This document shows, piece after piece, positions 40,301-55,922 of a DNA stretch of 64,000 bases. The position numbers were made by a program, and so were the translations under genes. This DNA comes from Chlorokybus atmophyticus (taxonomy: Eukaryota; Plantae; Mesostigma and Chlorokybus algae): contig RHPI01001507.1 of assembly GCA_009103225.1 (NCBI GenBank), forward strand, positions 264,249-328,248. The letters run 5' to 3'. Each line of letters opens with the position of its first letter. Position 1 is the first letter of the stretch. The notes below the pieces were generated by a model. It was given only the letters and a program-made list of their open reading frames with translations. It searched no databases and was not told where the DNA came from.

Positions 40301-41240
40301 CGGCTTAATAATAGACTCTGATTGTACTTGCACATGACTCAAAACGATGCGGAAGACAATAGACATCTGGCAAAACCCACTGTCGTCTTATAATCAAAGA
40401 CTTGACTGACGCCGAGCAAGGTGCACAACTTGCTACTGAACTCGAAGCGATGTGCCACTCCACTAGTTGACAGCTTTCTCATCTAGCGCGTGCGCACCTG
40501 CTTTTACAGTGTTGATAACCACCTGGTCGCGCAGCCTCAAGGGCTCCAATGTACATGCCCCCTACTAGTATGTCTCAGAATTGTCAAAGTCAAGGCAGTC
40601 AACACTGTAGTGACCAAGAGCGCTTACCGCTATTACGAAGTACAGCTCAAGTGCATGGTTGTAAACAATAGTTACGCAAGGACAAAGGCGCGCATCTGCA
40701 TTCCCGTAGTAAAGAAGGACGAGTGGCAAGGCAAGTCAGCACATCGGCTTGGCAAACATGTAAGTGCTGCTATTTGTACGTACTGCTTACACCCATGTCA
40801 ATGCTTCTGCACAACCAGCTGAAAATGTAGGTGAGTGGCGTCATAAAGGGGCCATCATTCTCAGAATGGCATTGCAGTGCGCATGCGTAACTTACGCATG
40901 CGCACTGCAATGCCATTTTGATGCCCATGCAGCGGCTGCAACGAATGTGAGTCTAATAACATCGGCAGTGTAAAGGGAGAGAAATACCAACTCCCCCTTC
41001 AATGCTCTACCCCAACACCCACGCCAACGACCCTACCCATGCCGCCGCCGTGACTGTCGTGTCAAGAACCCCCGTTCCCCCNCAACCTCTCTAGTCGAGC
41101 GTATCTAGCTCACTCAGCTAAGCTTAGTGGGCCCCCACCCAGTCTGTGTTAGGCGTTCTTGTATTGTATGGTGATGTTTGCCGTGTAATGCCACTTGCTC
41201 TGTGACCCTACTTGGCCCCTGCTGTTTGCAACAGCCATCA

Positions 41241-41590
41241 TGTAAAGGGAGAAATGCCAACTCCCCCTTTAATCCTCTACCCCAACACCCACGCCAACGA
41301 CCCTACCCATGCCGCCACCGTGACTGACATGTCAAGAACCCCCGTTCCCTCACTCACTATCAGCCATAGCTTTGACCATTTTGGTTGATATCAACCAATT
41401 AGGGTAAGAATCACGGATATCACCCGTTGGGACTCATATAAGGGTCTTAATTAAGCATAGAGCGAGGAACTAATGAAGCTTGGCATTTTATATGACCTAA
41501 ATTGGTCAATTATAAAATATAATTGACCAATTAAGGTCATATAAAATGATGTCAAGGTGAAAACCTTAAATAAGGGAAAAGCCCTTGACA
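41241..41590 (-). repeat. 3' LTR of the chromovirus element
   Basis: TGTAAA...TTGACA; colinear with 48942-49302. Confidence 0.95.
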
Positions 41591-41605
41591 TTGCCCCCCC
41601 TCGGC
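41591..41605 (-). promoter_or_regulatory. Polypurine tract (PPT)
   Basis: The minus strand reads GCCGAGGGGGGGCAA immediately before the LTR TG. Confidence 0.85.
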
Positions 41606-44600
41606 TCCTGACGCCGTCAGTTGATCACTCTAACAGCCGGATCCGATTTCGATGAGGGATGAGGGTTGCACACTGAAGACATGCTGCCTCACGCCCTGTC
41701 AGTAGTGCGGTGGGCACACACGTTAGCGAGAGTTGTAATCCTGAAGAACCTGCTGGCAGTTTGTCAAGTTGCTTTCGGGCTCCTACGTGTTGTGCTCAAC
41801 ACCATACCCTTTCCACTTGACCAAATACGATGTGCGTCCACGCTTATCCTTTCTATGATCAAGTATATTCTCCACCTCATATTCCGGGCCCGCACTGCCA
41901 TCTAAGACAACAGCAGGAGGTGGTGGTTGAGTCCGTCCATCAGCACGATAGGCTGCAAGGAGGCTCACAGGAAATACATCATGTATCTTTCCCATCGATG
42001 CTAGCAACTCCAACCGATATGCAAGTTTGCCAACTCGCTCGCGTACTGCGCACGGTCCTACAAAGCGTGGCATGAGTTTGCGGGTACACTTTGCCTTGAG
42101 TGACAAGTTCTTGGTGTTTAGCAACACCATGTCACCAATTTTAAACATTATGCCGATGCTTATCAGTATACGCTTTGATCGATCTTGCGCCGCACGCATG
42201 CACTCACGTGCTCGTTGCGTGCATGATTGCAATTCAAGTGCAAGATCGCGTGCAGCTGGCACCTTATAACTAGGTGGCAACTTCAGATCAGCCACCCCCA
42301 ATGGGTATTTGCCATAATTCGCAAAGAAGGGCGTGTCGTTTATGCTCGCTTGCCAAGCATTATTGATTGCAAATTCTGCCATTGGTAAGTAGACATCCCA
42401 ATCGGTTTGATTAGGTGCAACATAATGTTGCATATTGTCGCATAATGCCAGGAGTCTCTTCCACAATCCGGTTGGCACGTTTAATTTGCCCATCCGTCTG
42501 AGGATGAAACGTAATGCTCATGTGTTGGTTAATGTGCAAGAAGTCACACCTTGATCTCTAAAACAAAGACGTAAATCTCGGACCTTTATCTGATACCATA
42601 TTGCGTGGCAAACCATGCAAACGGTACAACGAGGAGAGGAACAGCATAGCTAATTCCCGAGCACCCGTGTCCGTACGGCAAGGAGCTAGGTGAAGCATTT
42701 TGGTCAGACGGTCCACAAACACCACAATCGCTGTATGACCTCAGGTAGTCTTAGGCAGTGCAGTGATGAGATCCATACTGACACTCTCCCAACTGAGCGA
42801 TGGGATAGGCAATGGCTGTAAAAGGCTGGACATTCTTTGCCGTCTTGGCTTGTTGCGTTGACATGCATCGCATGTTGCAACATACTGATCGACATCCAAT
42901 GTCAATCGGGGCTAATACAAGTGTCGTTGAGTTGCAGCAGTAGTCTTGGACCGCCTAAAGTGACCGACATGCACAGTAGTGATACACTCAGTGCGCAAGC
43001 CATCATGATCAGGTATGACAAGAGCATTGCCCTTATACCATAGTCCATCCCGCAATTTAAAGCCCCGTCACGTGTTCATGGTTGATACACCATTGCTCAG
43101 TAGTCGTATGGTTGACGTCAGCCGGAATGAACTTGCGAGACTCATACGCACACACATTCGTCTTGCATGAGCACCGCCCCACACCCAAACTTGGAAGCAT
43201 CACTTATCACAGTGAATTGTTTCTCTTCCAATCCGGCATTGCCAGTACAGGTGCTGATGTTAGTGCACGCTTGATCATCGCGCATGGATTCGTCGTGTTT
43301 TGCATCCCATGTAAAGCATTGTCCTTTATGCAACAATGTTGACAACGGCAAAGTCAATGAACTGTAACCAAGTATAAACCGTCGAAAGCAATTAGCCAGG
43401 CCCAAAAATGATCAGCTCATAATGATTGCGAGGCGTAGGCCAATCTTCCACGACCTTAACTTTGGTAGGATTAGGCTTGATGCCATCAGCACCAACAATG
43501 TGCCCCAAGTATGGCAACTCCTGCTTACCAAAATTGCATTTGCTGAGGTTGGCGAACAACTTGTGCTTCCACAACCGCTCAAGAACGATTGCCACATGTT
43601 GCTGATGTTCATCCAGGTCATTACTATGAACAATGATGTCATCCAGGTAGACCTTTGCAAACTTGCTAAGCAAGTCGCCAAACACAGCATTCATCTCGGC
43701 TCAAAAGACTACGGGTGCGTTTGTCAAACTAAACGGCAACACCTTGTATTCATAATGGCCAATCGGCGTTCTGAAAGCAGTATTATGTACATCATTCGCA
43801 TGCAACCGGACGATAACCACTGGTCAAGTCGAGTGATGTAAAGTACTTACTCCCCGACAGTGAGTCCTGCATGTCATCAATGCGTGGTAAAGGGTACTTA
43901 TTTGTGACCGTGATCTTGTTCAATGCACGATAATCCACACATGCGTAGCTTCCCGTTTTCTTTCTTACAAAGAGAATGGGAGAGCCGTATGGGGATTTAC
44001 TCGGTTGAATCAAACCTTTGGCCAATAACTTTGTGATCTGCTTTTCCATTTCTACCCTCTCTACAGGACTTAGCCTATAGGTAGGTCGTGAAGGAGGGGC
44101 AGATCCTGGTTTTATATGAATGGTATGACCAATACCTCTACCTCTATCCGGTGGTAGTTCCGGCAAAGTGTCAGCAAAGACATCGCTGAATGTGGTCACC
44201 ACTTGTTGCATTTTGGGAATGCCATTCATGGCAGCGCTGTTGGCATCGGAAGCAGCATGTACATGAGCCAAAAAGGCCGTTGATTTGTGCTTGCGATACA
44301 CACGTTTGGTTTGCAGAGCATTTAAAAGCCCTGCACGCTTAGGCAAAGTTCGTCGCAATTGCGTGGTGAGCGTAACTTTACGCTTACCTTTGCGTACGGA
44401 ACATGTTTTTGCATATGTGTCTAGAATGCGACGCACAGCTTGTTGCCAATCAAGCCCCAGTATGACATCAGTATTGTCAATCCCAAGAACTGTGACTAAC
44501 AGCTTAAACACGCCGAGTATGCACCAATGCGCATGCGTGCATTGACAACGCCATATAGAGGCAAAGCGTTGCGCCCTGCGGCATGCAACAGCATGTTTGC

Positions 44601-47600
44601 TGGTAACATAGCCAACGATAAGCGTTTCACTAAAGAATGATCAATCAAGCTATGCGTAGCAGCGGTGTCCAACACAAATGAAGCATAATAACCCGCTAAA
44701 GAACCCTGAAAGGTCCATAGTAAGGGAATAAGATGACCATCAAATGCGGCCATAAGGGCATGGTCACTGTGCGGCGGAAGCACCACCTACTTCATGAAAG
44801 TAGGCATATCTGTTGTCCGCTTGAACTTAGCCACAAGGTGTCCATGTGATGTCCATTTGGAACATGAGCCATGATTGTATGGCATGAGGACATACTTTGT
44901 GATAGCAGGATGCTGTTTTTGAAACGTAGCAAACTCTGCTAAAGTAGTTGCTAAGTCATCTGGTTTGCACGAAAGTAACACACGCGCATCATGTACTGGT
45001 TCATCACACCGCAATACAGGCAACGTATCATGATCAAACCAAGCATGCGTGACACCATGTGTACGTATAACAGATACAATGTCCAAACCAACATCTCTAG
45101 GCATAGTGGCCATGGCTAATCCCTACGGCTCCTATTGAGTCTTCTGGCCTTTGCCCTTGCCCATCTTTGAAGACGCAGAGGCCTTGAGCTCAGGGTGCAG
45201 CTGCCAACAACGACCTGCCGTGTGACCAGGATTCCTGCAAGAAGCACAAGTCACCTTTGGCTTATCGAAGCGGGACTTCTTGAACCGCTGAGGTGCTCCA
45301 CGTTTGCCGTCCGTGTGCTCTCTCTTCTTCTGCACTGAAACTGCAGTTGTATCCTCAGGATGAGTTGCTTTGGTAGATCGCAGAGAGTGGTCGAGACTGA
45401 TGACATGACTTGATGTACTCATCCAAATTCCCAGCCCCCCCCACAGTGTTGTCCCCTCTCAGCTGCAAGCTGGTGACGAGATCCTTGCGTAATCCACTGC
45501 GAAAGGAGCGCATCTGTGCAGCCGCATCATACGGAAGTGGTCCTTGGTTGACTTCATCAACCAACAGGCGCCACTCGCACGCATACACAGCAGCATTCTT
45601 GTTGCCCATTAGAAGTTGGGCCAACTTCTCATCTGCTTCCACCCAAGGCGCAACACTCTGGTAGTGACTGCGCATGTAGTCCATCAGTGCTTGCATGGTA
45701 TTGGCAAACTTGCCCTTCTCATGCTGCATCTGCACCTTAGCTGGTGCCGAATTGAGAAGAATGTTGAACTTGTCCTCCTCTGACATGTCATTAGCTAAGG
45801 CCAACTAGTTGTTGATGGTTGGATCCACTTCTTAATGGTAGTCTTCCTATCAATGGGATCAAACATGGATGGCTTGACCAATGCCATCTTGGCACCGGCA
45901 GACATCGTCGCAAATTTTACACGGGGACTGATAAGGGACTGAGGGACTGACGTGTGCCTGACCCTACCTGACGTAACGGATTGATCCATACAGGGACTTT
46001 TCAGGTCGGCAGTTACAATTAAGCAACATATACCGACGGCAAGCAGTCGACCGATTGATACAATCGACGGCGGCCTGCCTGTAACGGCAACACCGCACTT
46101 TAAGATGACGGCCGATTGTCGGTCGTCCCATTTGCGCGACCTATCTGTATAGTTGATAAGTCACGTTTTGGTCACATACAGTGACGGCCGACCGACGGTC
46201 GTACCTTGACCGTAAAAAAGTATGCGCGACGGCCTGCCTACTTTGGCAAGCCAGTCACTGTTAGTCCCTTTCAGGTGACCTTACCGCGTTTATCAAGTGA
46301 CGGCCGATCGCCGATCGTGCACTTAACGCGGCGGCGACCTATTTATTGTGTGTCAAGTATGATAAGCAAGTGACCGCTGGTCCCTAAAGGTCGGCAAGTC
46401 GGGACGGTGGTACCGGCCGGCAAGTCAAACGCGGTGGTACAATGCCGCCGCCGTACTATGTCAATAGTACGAACAGTGCCATTGTTGCAATGGCACTATC
46501 GTAACATCAGTATGGTACGATAGTGCCATTGCGACAATGGTACTTTCGTACCATTATAATTATACGATAATGCCGTTGCGAATCCGACTCAAAACGTGAG
46601 TCAAGTTTCGAAAACGCGTTTGAATAACTTGGGCTGTTCAAGTTATTTAAACGCTCAACAGCTTCAAGTTGAACAGAGAGTTGTGGGCGGCGGCGGCGGC
46701 GGCGGCAGTGATGGCGGCGGTGGCGGCGGCGGCGGCAACGGCTAACAGTAGGTGAGCTTGGTTGCTGTCTGACGTTGTACTACGTGCAACACCGCATGCC
46801 AGCTAACCACCCTCCTTGCCTTAGGGCGGCCAGGCCAGACCAGGCTAGGCCAGACCAGGCCAGGCGGCGGCGGAGAAGGAACGGCGGCGGCGGAGCTGGA
46901 GCGGGCGGTGCAGGAGCCGCAGCTCAGTACAAGGGTAGTACTAGCAGTAGTACCTAAGGTAGCTGTAGCTGTAGTGGTAGTGGTAGCAGTAGTGGTAGTC
47001 TAGTTGTACTAGCAGTAGTAGTAGTAGCTCTGTATATTACATTGTAATTTATTTATTTATTTATTTTTTATTATTTATCACGCATTCTTGCATAGCTAAT
47101 GACGACAATTACGTGTGACACTTTATCATGATTGAGCGGTACCAGCATGTACCTTTACAAGTACACATCGTTAACGGTAGGTACCTTAAGGTACCTGACA
47201 ATTTCGCTCAGTTAGCGTACAGTCGCCGGTACCTAACTGATAGGTACCGGTCAGTTACCTGTTAATTAGGTCAAGTTCTCTTTGCTTAACTGTTGAGTAC
47301 CTGACAGGTACTTATTAATTAGGGTCAGTCCCTTTATGCAAACGGCCGCCAACTAATGGTGACGACCGTTATGCGCCGGTCCCTGTATCGAGATCGCCGG
47401 TAGACTGAAGGTCGACAATCTAAATGAGTATCATCAGGTGCACGGCCGTTGCTAATATTTAATTGGCCGGCAGGGGAAACATTTTGCGACGATACTGCTT
47501 GTGGCGGGTGAAGAGCGCAATGCCGTCACTTGCTGAGACAGATGAGAGATCAATGACTCTGCGATCTCCAATCTAGAAGTAACGCCTCGCGCCAACGCTT

Positions 47601-48927
47601 CCTGATGGCGACAATTTTGTGCCAGGAATTGGAATGCGCAACGCGGGCCATTGGAAGCAGCGTCAAAGACGCGCAGAAAATTCTGAATGAATTCCTCACT
47701 TGTCTCAGTGGGTTGCAACACATAAGGTTGGCTCTGTTGAGCTCCCTCTGAACTGGTGCGAGTAGCTGCTGGTGCAGGTTGTTGCTGGGTAGTTTTCTCC
47801 CTAGGCTCATTGACATCAACATGCACAATCTAAGCAGGGTCTGCAGGCAACACCAATGGGGTTGCCCCCAGTTTAACATCTTTCAACCACTTCTCTACAT
47901 CAATATATAAGGCGCTGCTGCCTAGCGGGTTTAAGTTTGTCGAACTGTTCACCAGCAAGAAGGTGCCTTCGTACATCACCTGCAAAACGCTTCGCCTCCC
48001 CCACAGAGTAGGGTTGACTGCAGAGAAAGCGTTCTTGCTTGGTGAGCTTAAGGAGAATGGCCCCTTCAATCTCATCCTGTGGGTCAATTGTGTGTAAGAG
48101 TGTGTATCTTCCTTTTGCCCCTCTACTTGCGTAGCGGTAAGCGGGGGATTCTCAATGCCCTGAGATGTTTTTTTTAACTTGCCGTTTGCCATGTTTGAAC
48201 ACAGCAATACAGCTTGTAAGAACGAAGCTGTGTCAGGCAAAGGAGTTGTGCAAGCAAAGCTTGCAACAACAACCAACAACAAGTCTTATGCCTGGGGCTG
48301 CTCGTGTTGTAAAATTGAGTGTAATGCCACCCAAAGAATGGTGTTAACGTGTGAGTGAGTGATGTCACCTATTGCAATGCAAAGCAAAGCAACCCAATGA
48401 CTAAGTGCTCGACTGCAGCGCAGAGGAATATTCGAGAGGCTCCCTCAATTAATGAGGGATATCGCGAGAGGCTTTTTGTGCTATCAATTGTGCACAAATA
48501 CGCACACAATGCACGCGAGCCAGCAAACACTCACGCACATCCACCTCTCCACAAGGAAAAGGGGCCAAATTAGCACAAGACAACCTATACAAGCTAATTA
48601 TTTACTTGTTTAGGTTGAAAGTCTGGCTGGTCGCGGCGACTTGCCAGGCTTTAGTTGCCGCTGGTCTGGCGGTGGTTGACCGCAGGGGGCAGGAACTGAC
48701 GCGCGCGGCAGTCAGTCCGGCGGCCGATACGATGGTACCTGATGCGATGCAGGTTGCGTCGCAGGAGGTTGCGCTGTAGGCTGCGCAATAGGTGGCTTGC
48801 CAGGCTTCTGTCCTGGTGGATGTGAACGGCGACGCTGCTAGCGGCCTGGTGGCTTGCTGGCGGCATTGCTCTACCACAATAAATAACCACAATAATTACA
48901 TTAAGGCGCACCCACAAGGAGAAGCAA

Positions 48928-48939
48928 GCTCCGATACCA
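48928..48939 (-). promoter_or_regulatory. Primer-binding site, initiator tRNA-Met type
   Basis: Minus-strand TGGTATCGGAGC, 2 nt inside the 5' LTR; one mismatch to the canonical TGGTATCAGAGC. Confidence 0.85.
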
Positions 48940-48941
48940 AA

Positions 48942-49302
48942 TGTAAAAGGAGAAATGCCAACTCCCCCTTCAATGCTCTACCCCAACACCCACGCCAACG
49001 ACCCTACGCATGCCGCTGCCATTACTGTCGTGTCAAGAGCCCCCGTTCCCCCACTCACTATCAGCCATAGCTTTGACCAGTTTGGTTGATATCAACCAAA
49101 CTGGTCAAAGCTATGGCTGATTAGGGTAAGAATCGCGGATATCACTCGTTGGGACTCATAGCTTGAATAAGACTCATATACGGGCCTTAATTAAGTATAG
49201 AGCGAGGAACCAATGGGGCTTGGCATATAATTGACCAATTAAGGTCATATAAAATGATATCAAGGTGAAAACCTTAAATAAGGGAAAAAAAAGCCCTTGA
49301 CA
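48942..49302 (-). repeat. 5' LTR of the chromovirus element
   Basis: TGTAAA...TTGACA followed by the TSD GGCAG. Confidence 0.95.
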
Positions 49303-50744
49303 GGCAGGCCCCAATTGCATGCAGTCAGCGCAAGACGACCCATTGCATTTTGCCCACGGGCGAAAACTCGCTCTAATGCGAGTTTCATGTGATAGAACCG
49401 GAGAATACATGTGAATCAGTAACGAACGAGTAAACGCATGTTAGCCGCTTTGTAAGGTGCCCAACCCCGCGGGCCCGCCAGGGCACAGCGCGCAACTTGC
49501 GCGACTAGCTAGATTAGTGCCCATGCCTGGATGTGGCTTTGCACCGCGCGTCGCCGGGGTTATGAATTTCCGGCAACGCGCGATGTAAATTGTCCTATGT
49601 TGAGGCACGGGCATTTTCTGGTGGCGGTTTGAACAGCCAATGACAAGGCAGCAAAAACTGCTGCCTTGTCATTGGCTGGCGCTGCCAACAGCAATGGGGA
49701 ATATTATAATCCTCATCTCCGTGGCACGATCTGCTTTGATGGTGTTTTCAGTCATAATTTGAAATCGGTTTGCTTAAAACAATGGGACTTAAGCGAGAAG
49801 AATTATGACTCTTAAGTTTTCACCCCTGAGCAACACGCAATATGCATGCCTGGCCAAAGGCCCCAACACCATTATAGTATTGTGACAATTGCCACCACTC
49901 AATAGGGAGGTATGCATGTACCTTGCTACATGCAGATCATACTAATTCAGCTGACCACCGCAACACCTATTATTCTAATGCTATGTCGATGTGTACAGAG
50001 TGTAAACTCTTTGGGCATAACAAAATAGGACGAATGCATGTTAGTAAAGGCGTGCACGATTATTTGTGACCATTATAATCAAGATGGGAACCCCATGCGG
50101 CAAGTCCCGGGAAGCTACCAATCTGTTTATGACAATAGGATCCAGCTCGCAATGAAAGCCGCTATGAGTGTTTCCGGCCAACATCCAAGCACATAATGAA
50201 GGGAGCTACATACAGATTTGCCACTTAGATAAATCGGATCACAATGTTGCAGGATGAAGCAGGTTACATGTGGGTAACAAAGGCTCCAGGGGCGCAAAAA
50301 GACCCTCACAGAAGTAAGCAAGCGAAATTACTTTCTTTATGCAAGGATTGTCATTGTGGGCAGTGTAGCATGGTAGGCAAATGTTGATTGGTCGTCTTTG
50401 TCATGCGTACCTTTGGCTTGAAGATTTGGTTACAGTGTGCCGCACAGCGCACTGCAGCTTCAATAGTAGCTGTGTGAAGTCAGGTCATGTCGTGGGAATA
50501 GCAACCACTCTTGAGGATTGCCACCTGGGTAAGTATTATAGTGGAGCACATGCATGCCGCAGATGAACGTCATTCAAGCACAGTCGTGGTTTTACAGCAC
50601 ACAGTGCACGCACCATATATATATATACATAGCAATTTCATGAGTCGTTTATTGGCGCTAAATGATGCATCACTTCATTTCTACCCTTTTCATCATTTAC
50701 TGTTTGCACAAATAGTTCGTGACTGCGAAATATATATATATATA

Positions 50745-50932
50745 CCGTAGTGCCGCGAAATCTTCGTGTTGTGCGGCGGCCACAAATATTGTATAACTTT
50801 CGTCAAAACCTCGCAGCTATGCAACTTATTTATTACTACTAGATTGCATAACGGCCGCCGATTATCTAAAACAGTGTCGTATAGCGCCTGGCTAGAGTTA
50901 TTTCTTGAACGAAGATTTTCGCGGCACTACGG
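50745..50932. mobile_element. MITE, Tc1/mariner-like (about 24-bp TIRs, TA flanks)
   Basis: Left CCGTAGTGCCGCGAAATCTTCGT and right ACGAAGATTTTCGCGGCACTACGG are reverse complements apart from one indel; TA on both sides. Confidence 0.8.
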
Positions 50933-51113
50933 TATTCTTCAGTCCGTTGGTGGACTGAAATGCTATCAACAAACATGATTGTATAAGCCGGAGAAGACTG
51001 CTATGATTTGGTCCAACCGTACAGGAGGGCCTCTGCACCTGAGGGCCGCGCCTGGTCCAGACCAGCGTAGGTTATCCTGATCACTGGTCCGTGCCGGTCC
51101 GTGCGCGGCAGAA

Positions 51114-51352
51114 CAGCACGGCAAGCGGCACAACCACACGCCTTTCCGACGGCGGACCGTGTGCATGCATGATGCTGCAGCAATGATATGTACCAGCGCG
51201 CTGGGCACATGATGGGCCGCGGGCCCCCAGAAGAACCGTGCACGGTTGCTTCTTGTATCAGGCTCGTGCCGTGTACTGGTGCGATGACGACAAAACCATG
51301 TGCATGGTCCGCCGTCGTAAAGCCGTGTGCGCTTGTGCCGCTTGCCGTGCAG
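51114..51352. mobile_element. Foldback or MITE-like element with about 55-bp inverted arms
   Basis: 51114-51167 pairs with 51297-51352 (CACGGCAAGCGGCACAA...CGACGGCGGACC), with a central palindrome AACCGTGCACGGTT. Confidence 0.6.
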
Positions 51353-52503
51353 CACGGCCCGTGCTGCTGCTGTCGCTAGGTTTTCCGGCTTGTAACATTA
51401 TGTAAAAGCGACCTGATGACACCCGCTCGCCGGCACCAGCTGCCTAGTATTGGGCATTAACCTTAAAAAAGGGGAGAACCTTAATCAATGCACCCTGTTC
51501 CAATCGGTTTTACGCGCATGACAACCAGTGTGGTGGCCACTTCGAACTTCGTAACGCTCACAAACTGCAGTTGCACGATATTACAATAACGCATGAGCAT
51601 GAGCATTCATGCATTGCAGTATGCAGCAAGCAGGCAGCATGCTCTACAGTGTTATGACCGCAGATTGCATGCTAAGATGCTGCATGGATCAAAGAATGAA
51701 GCGGGGCGGGTCATGCAGCATAACCCGCCCCTCTCATCCCAAGGGAAGAGTCGGCGGACGATCGTCAACGGCGAGGGACAAAGTGAACGTTGGGTCACCC
51801 GACTTGGGTGGAATTAATGCCTGAATGCGCACTTGTGATGCCATCGGCGGTACTAGGCTGTTCAATAGGCACAACTGATTCTGATCTATTATCTGCTTAT
51901 CTGCTTTCGTTGGCACTGCTCGCGCGGTACTGCCTCGTACCAAATGCCTTTCTGATGGCATGGTCTTGCCTTGCCAAGCAGCACGTGGAATAAAGCAGCG
52001 CATGCGGCACGATTTGATATTGCTGCCATGCTGTGGTGCGCATAGCATGCAAGTAGGTAGCACGGCGGTTCCCCACCTGCTAGCCTTGCCTAGCAGTGCT
52101 AGCGCAAGGACCTTGGATGATGCTGACCGCGCAAAAATCGCCAGGGCGGCCTGAATTATTATTTGAGCACCTGCGTCATCTTTCAAGCGCCGACATCCCC
52201 TTCGTTAGTTTGGGGATGAGGGGATTTATGTTGCATTTGATGTGTGAATGTATCCTGAGAATGCTTGACAAGACATGCCACAAGCACATGTAGTGAATGT
52301 GTGTGTGGGTGCGCCGCCTCGCAGCCTGCCGGTGAAGGCCACAGGTGAGTTGTCGGACCAAAGCAGAAGTGTTGTGACGTGCCAGTTGGTGTTGTTGGCA
52401 CTGTTGGCTCTGTGTCAGGGCTGTTGAGGCTCACCACGTTGACATGACAGCTTTGTTGTGTAGGACCCAGCAGACGCCTGTCACAAAGCCTCCCTCCCTA
52501 ACC

Positions 52504-55922
<3,419 letters not shown>

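Larger units (their letters stand above)
40969..49302 (-). mobile_element. Full-length but decayed chromovirus-type Ty3/gypsy LTR retrotransposon
   Basis: TG...CA LTRs at 48942-49302 and 41241-41590, plus a partial LTR copy from 40969; 5-bp TSD GGCAG at 40964-40968 and 49303-49307. Internal frameshifted and stop-broken Gag (45990-45130; knuckle CASCRNPGHTAGRC), protease (LDTAAT), RT (YLDDIIVHS), RNase H, integrase (HPQTDGQ) and chromodomain EYEVENILDHR..YLVKWKGYG..NT*EPE. Confidence 0.93.

Noticed and set aside
39378-40480. Decayed coding-like minus-strand frames between the two gypsy elements (similar at 23400-24000 and 26100-27450)
   Set aside because: Interrupted by stops and with no motif I can recognise; left unannotated.
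49634-49678. miR169-like precursor (arm begins CAGCCAA)
   Set aside because: Similarity stops after 7 nt, and a perfect 20-bp stem with a 5-nt loop is unlike a plant pre-miRNA.
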